Of a DNA stretch of 48,391 nucleotides, positions 44,786 through 48,391 are shown piece after piece. This DNA comes from Eubacteriales bacterium (lineage in GTDB: Bacteria; Bacillota; Clostridia; Oscillospirales; RGIG5299). Position 1 is the stretch's first letter. Each line of letters begins with the position of its first letter. The notes under the pieces are model-generated. The model worked only from the letters and a program-made list of their open reading frames with translations. It made no database searches and was not told the DNA's origin. The stretch covers positions 1-48,391 of the forward strand of contig JAZRNU010000031.1 of NCBI GenBank assembly GCA_045648325.1, given 5' to 3'. Made by a program: the position numbers and the translations under genes.

Positions 44786-45370
44786 TTAAAAATTTAATTT
44801 GTCAGCCGCAATTTTTGCCGTGTTAAGGTATTTGAGCAAGGCGTTTGACGAAAGCCTTGGCGGAAGACCGAGCCTTTGGCAAAGCGCTTTTCTTTTTTCG
44901 GTGCTTTCCTCTTTGCCGAAAAATCCAAGCTCGTAAAGGTCAGCCTTCGTAAGGGGAAGAAAATCCGAAACGCTTCTTTTTTCGTTTTCCTTTGGCACCG
45001 CGTCGGTAATCGCCTTTAAAATCGCAGTGGGACGAGCACCTTCGGCACCGAGCAGCCCCTCCTTGCCGGGCTCCTCCTTGCGCCGCTCCTTTCCCTTGAC
45101 TGCGGGAAGATAGGCGTGATAAACCTCGCCCTCGGTAATCGCGCCGCCGATATAAGACCTTATTTTAAAGCCTGCGGCGTCGGGATCGGTTAAAATTATT
45201 ATTCCTCTTTCCTTTGCAAGTAAGCGGATATAATCAAGAAGCTCCTTGCTTTTGAAGATGCCAAAGCCGCCCGTTTCTACAATAAGGGCGTCGCAAAGAG
45301 AGGAAAGCTTTATTTTGTCATACTTTCCCTCAACTATTACCGCCTGACTCAAAACAAGCTTATCTCTCAT
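44786..45370 (-). CDS. rnmV: Toprim-domain protein, ribonuclease M5-like
   Basis: VIVEGKYDKIKL...IVETGGFGI...RGIIILTDPDAAGFKIRSYI...HAYLP is collinear with B. subtilis RNase M5 (VVEGRDDTARIKL..IETNGSAI..RGVIILTDPDFPGEKIRKTI..HAFLP). The DD pair is YD here. Confidence 0.6.
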   Translation of the reverse strand: MRDKLVLSQAVIVEGKYDKIKLSSLCDALIVETGGFGIFKSKELLDYIRLLAKERGIIILTDPDAAGFKIRSYIGGAITEGEVYHAYLPAVKGKERRKEEPGKEGLLGAEGARPTAILKAITDAVPKENEKRSVSDFLPLTKADLYELGFFGKEESTEKRKALCQRLGLPPRLSSNALLKYLNTAKIAADKLNF

Positions 45371-46367
45371 TTCGCATCTCCGAGGTCTTTACGATAAGAG
45401 CCTCAATTCTTGCTCTTTTGTCAATGGATTTGCTTTTTATATCCTTATCGCACAAAATGCACTCCGAAAGGCATTTTGAAAAATAAGAAAGGGGAAGCGG
45501 TCTTACCACCGCCGCGTATTTCTGGCATACAAAGGGCTTTAGCTTTGAAAGGGAAGCGATTTTTGCCGCGTCCTTGCCCGACATAACCCCTGTTTTTACA
45601 AGAAGCATATCGCTAAAAGCCTTGTAAACCAAAGAGGCAATTACCGATTCGTCAAGCTTCATCTCGTAAAGGTCTGAAACGAGCCTGATTGCGCTTTTAA
45701 CGTCGTTATTCACTATTGCCGCCGAAAGCTCCCAGCCCTTGGCATCAACCGAGGGAACGACCATTTCAACGATATCCTCTTTACGGATCTCGCCTCTTTC
45801 ACAGCGGGCAATAAGCTTATCGCACTCGTTTTTAATAAGGTCCTGCACAGCAGGAAGATATGAAACCAGAAGCTCGGCGTTTGGCTTTGTTATATTTTTC
45901 TTTGCCGCCGCAAAATAACGGATAACCCAATCGGTCTGCTCCTGTTCCTTAAGCGGATCAAATGAGCAAACAAGGGCGCCCGTATCCTTTGCAAACCGCT
46001 TTGCCTCGCCAGAGGTTGCCAAAACGGTGGGATTTTCCTCGTAAACCACAACCACCGCGCTTTCGGGAACGCCCTCCTTTGTAAGATAACCAACTATCTC
46101 GTTTGACTTTGCAAGCGAAAGGTCCTTGATTACCACAAGCTTGCGGCTTGCGGCAAAGGGAAAGGCGTTTACCGCCTCGTCAAGCTCGGAAGCCGAGAGC
46201 TTTTTGCCGTCGAAGACCGAAAGGTCCATCTCCTCAAAGCCGCAAAGGATTTTTCCCTTTACAAGCGAGAGGTAGTGGCGCATAAGATAGTTTTCCTCAC
46301 CCGCAAAAAGGTAAAGTGAGGCAAATTCACCGCTCTTTATGTGATTTTTAAGCTCTGAAAGGCTCAT
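45360..46367 (-). CDS. holA: DNA polymerase III delta subunit
   Basis: 335 aa. The N-terminus LYLFAGEENYL and the overall pattern are typical of HolA. It sits in the conserved position directly downstream of comEC. Confidence 0.85.
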   Translation of the reverse strand: MSLSELKNHIKSGEFASLYLFAGEENYLMRHYLSLVKGKILCGFEEMDLSVFDGKKLSASELDEAVNAFPFAASRKLVVIKDLSLAKSNEIVGYLTKEGVPESAVVVVYEENPTVLATSGEAKRFAKDTGALVCSFDPLKEQEQTDWVIRYFAAAKKNITKPNAELLVSYLPAVQDLIKNECDKLIARCERGEIRKEDIVEMVVPSVDAKGWELSAAIVNNDVKSAIRLVSDLYEMKLDESVIASLVYKAFSDMLLVKTGVMSGKDAAKIASLSKLKPFVCQKYAAVVRPLPLSYFSKCLSECILCDKDIKSKSIDKRARIEALIVKTSEMRNER

Positions 46368-46378
46368 TTTTAAATCCT

Positions 46379-48385
46379 CTATTCAAAATAGATTACAATT
46401 TTGTCACCGTAGCTTACGGCGGAAAAATCGGTGCCAAGCTCGTTGCATTTTTCCTCTAAAAGATTTTTCTTATAAAGGGAATATTCAAAGGTGTAAAGGC
46501 TTTTTGCGCCCGAGTGGGGAAGAAGCCAAAGATTATTTAAGCTTCCCTCACAGATAATTATATCATAAAAGGCGGTTTTGTAAAGTTCATTTGGTGAAAA
46601 ACCGCTCGGGAAAAGGGCAATATTTTGATTTTTGCCCAAAATAAGGGCTGAAAATTCATCTTCCTTTTGAAAAAATCCGATTTCGGCATTTTCAAAGGAA
46701 ATCTCCGCAGGCGGCATATCCTCTCCGTTAACAACGGTAACCGGATTGCCGTAAAGCCCGTGAGAAAAAATAATCTCCGAAATAACCGAAGGCTTATCGG
46801 GCTTTTCAAAAAGATAAACAAGGCTTTCTCCCTTTGTTAAAACCGAAACCGCCTTTACGCCGCTTGTGTAGCTTATTGTGAGCTTGCTTTTTCCGTTTCC
46901 CCACAAAACCGCCGCAAAGGCAAAAATAAATGTGACGGCGGCAACGGTGGCAGAAAGGAAAACAAGCCGTTTTTTCTTAACGCAAAAAATAACGAGCATT
47001 GCGGCAAAAACGGTAATCAATAGCGCAACGGCTTCCTCTGCGGAGATAAAAAGCCGCGAGTAGGGAAGGGCGGAAACACCGCTTGCTATCAGGGTGACAA
47101 GCGAGATAAGAGCGCTTATTGCCTTGCCCAGAATAAAGGGCAAAAAGGGAAGGAAAAGGCAGACCGAAAAGAGAAGAATCAAGGAAAAGGCAAGTGAAAC
47201 GGCAAATGAGGTAAGCAGGTTTGCCAAAACCGAATAAAGGGGTAAATATCCAAAGAAAATAAGTGAAGCGGGCGCGGTAAAGAGTGCGGCGAAAAATGAA
47301 ACGAAGACGGGCGATAAAACCGCGTGAGCCCGCTTTTGGCGAAAATACCCCTTGAAAAAGCGGCCAACGACAGCATAAAGCGCCTTTTGTGAAACGGAAA
47401 TGCCCAAAACCGCCGAATAAGAAAGCAAAAATGAGGGCGAAAAAAGCAAATAGGGGTTAAAAAGGGTAACCGCTACGGCGGTAAATGCAAGAGTGTTTAA
47501 AAGAGAGCGGCTCTTTTGCGACGTTTCGGCAACAATAACGATAAAGCACATTACTGCGGCTCTTATTACCGAGGGAGAAAAATCGGCAAAAATAACGGTA
47601 AAAAGCAAAACGGGAAGCGAAAGAAAAACGGCAAGCCGTTTTGACGCACCAAACGCCCTTATTACGAAAAAGAGCGACGCGGTGAAAACCGAAACGTGAA
47701 AGCCCGAAACGGCAAAATAATGTGAAATTCCGGCCGTGCGGAAATAGTCAATGCTCTCTGTGCCCGATGAGCCCTTGCCCGTGAGCATTGCCGAGGCAAG
47801 AATGCCGTTTTCGCCGCCCACCGCCTCGGTAAGGGAATCGGTGAGATTTTTTCGAAGTGAGGAAATTGCCTTTAAAACGGGATAGGCGTTTTCCTCAGCT
47901 ACGGCAGGCGCGTTAAGAATAAGGCATTTTAAGAATACAAGCTCGCAAAGGTCACTTTTTGAGGCGGCAATAATAAGCGCCTCGCACTCTATGCGGTCAC
48001 CCACCGAAACAAGTGAAAGAAGGGAAATATCGGTGCTTTGTGCCTCGATAATTCCAAATGAAAGCGACGGGTCTGAAATTTTAAAGCTTACCGTTTGATT
48101 TTCGTAAACGGGGGCGGTCAAAACCGTTGCGCTTAAATTAAAAACCTCACCGTAAAGCCCGCTTGCCCTTTTGCTTTCAGCCTTTAAAAGTGAGGTGCAA
48201 AGGGAGGAAACGGCTAAAACAAGCGCCAAAACCGAAAAGAAAACTGCTAAAGCCTTCCTTTTTACGAAAAAAAGAGAAACGATAAAAGCCGCCGCAAAAA
48301 ATGCGGCGGCAAATAAAGCGATGTTTAAATCAAATAAACTGATTATTGCAAATAACGGCAGACAGATTGCCGCAGTTAAAAGCAT
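46379..48385 (-). CDS. comEC: ComEC/Rec2-family DNA internalisation channel protein; metallo-beta-lactamase motifs not detectable
   Basis: At least 668 aa, polytopic. Competence-domain sequences are present (FRTAGISHYFAVSGFHVS...SVIRAAVM). The frame stays open to the window edge, so the true start may lie upstream of 48385. Confidence 0.8.
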   Translation of the reverse strand: MLLTAAICLPLFAIISLFDLNIALFAAAFFAAAFIVSLFFVKRKALAVFFSVLALVLAVSSLCTSLLKAESKRASGLYGEVFNLSATVLTAPVYENQTVSFKISDPSLSFGIIEAQSTDISLLSLVSVGDRIECEALIIAASKSDLCELVFLKCLILNAPAVAEENAYPVLKAISSLRKNLTDSLTEAVGGENGILASAMLTGKGSSGTESIDYFRTAGISHYFAVSGFHVSVFTASLFFVIRAFGASKRLAVFLSLPVLLFTVIFADFSPSVIRAAVMCFIVIVAETSQKSRSLLNTLAFTAVAVTLFNPYLLFSPSFLLSYSAVLGISVSQKALYAVVGRFFKGYFRQKRAHAVLSPVFVSFFAALFTAPASLIFFGYLPLYSVLANLLTSFAVSLAFSLILLFSVCLFLPFLPFILGKAISALISLVTLIASGVSALPYSRLFISAEEAVALLITVFAAMLVIFCVKKKRLVFLSATVAAVTFIFAFAAVLWGNGKSKLTISYTSGVKAVSVLTKGESLVYLFEKPDKPSVISEIIFSHGLYGNPVTVVNGEDMPPAEISFENAEIGFFQKEDEFSALILGKNQNIALFPSGFSPNELYKTAFYDIIICEGSLNNLWLLPHSGAKSLYTFEYSLYKKNLLEEKCNELGTDFSAVSYGDKIVIYFE

Positions 48386-48391
48386 GGGACG

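Overview
This window looks like the chromosomal replication-origin region of a Clostridia-class Firmicute. That identification is my inference from synteny, parS and DnaA-box sequence, reverse rubrerythrin and a THF riboswitch. One long plus-strand block (538-24609) carries, in order: a degenerate two-component-like gene pair, fhs, tsaE, tsaB, rpiB, parA, parB, a HAD hydrolase, dnaA, an oriC DnaA-box cluster, dnaN, a ycxB-like gene, recF, remB-like, gyrB, gyrA, a lipoprotein gene, tatD, a 0.5-kb hairpin-rich non-coding element, a NodB deacetylase, an Amidase_3 protein and an EF-G2-type GTPase. The middle (24.6-34.8 kb) looks accessory. It holds an AT-rich lipoprotein gene, a URO-D-family gene, a large glycosidase-like gene and two tandem secreted beta-helix proteins. 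Next come a Fur-box-controlled Fur-family/reverse-rubrerythrin/BFD cluster, then FAH, HAD and DegV genes. A minus-strand block (38.6-48.4 kb) follows, containing prfB coupled to an esterase, an HxxxD acyltransferase and a zinc-ribbon membrane protein, then a lipoprotein gene, trxA, a THF-riboswitch-controlled folT, an RNase M5-like gene, holA and comEC. I saw no CRISPR array, tRNA, rRNA or intact transposase. The most unusual items are: (1) a catalytically dead kinase-like/receiver-like pair with a Spo0A-type effector domain, translationally coupled to fhs-tsaEB; (2) a ~490-bp inverted-repeat-bounded structured non-coding element; (3) the prfB-esterase-acyltransferase-membrane zinc-ribbon module; (4) a signal peptide that can only be translated from an ATT or ATA start; (5) non-canonical origin synteny and gene orientation. 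All homology statements rest on by-eye motif recognition, not database searches.
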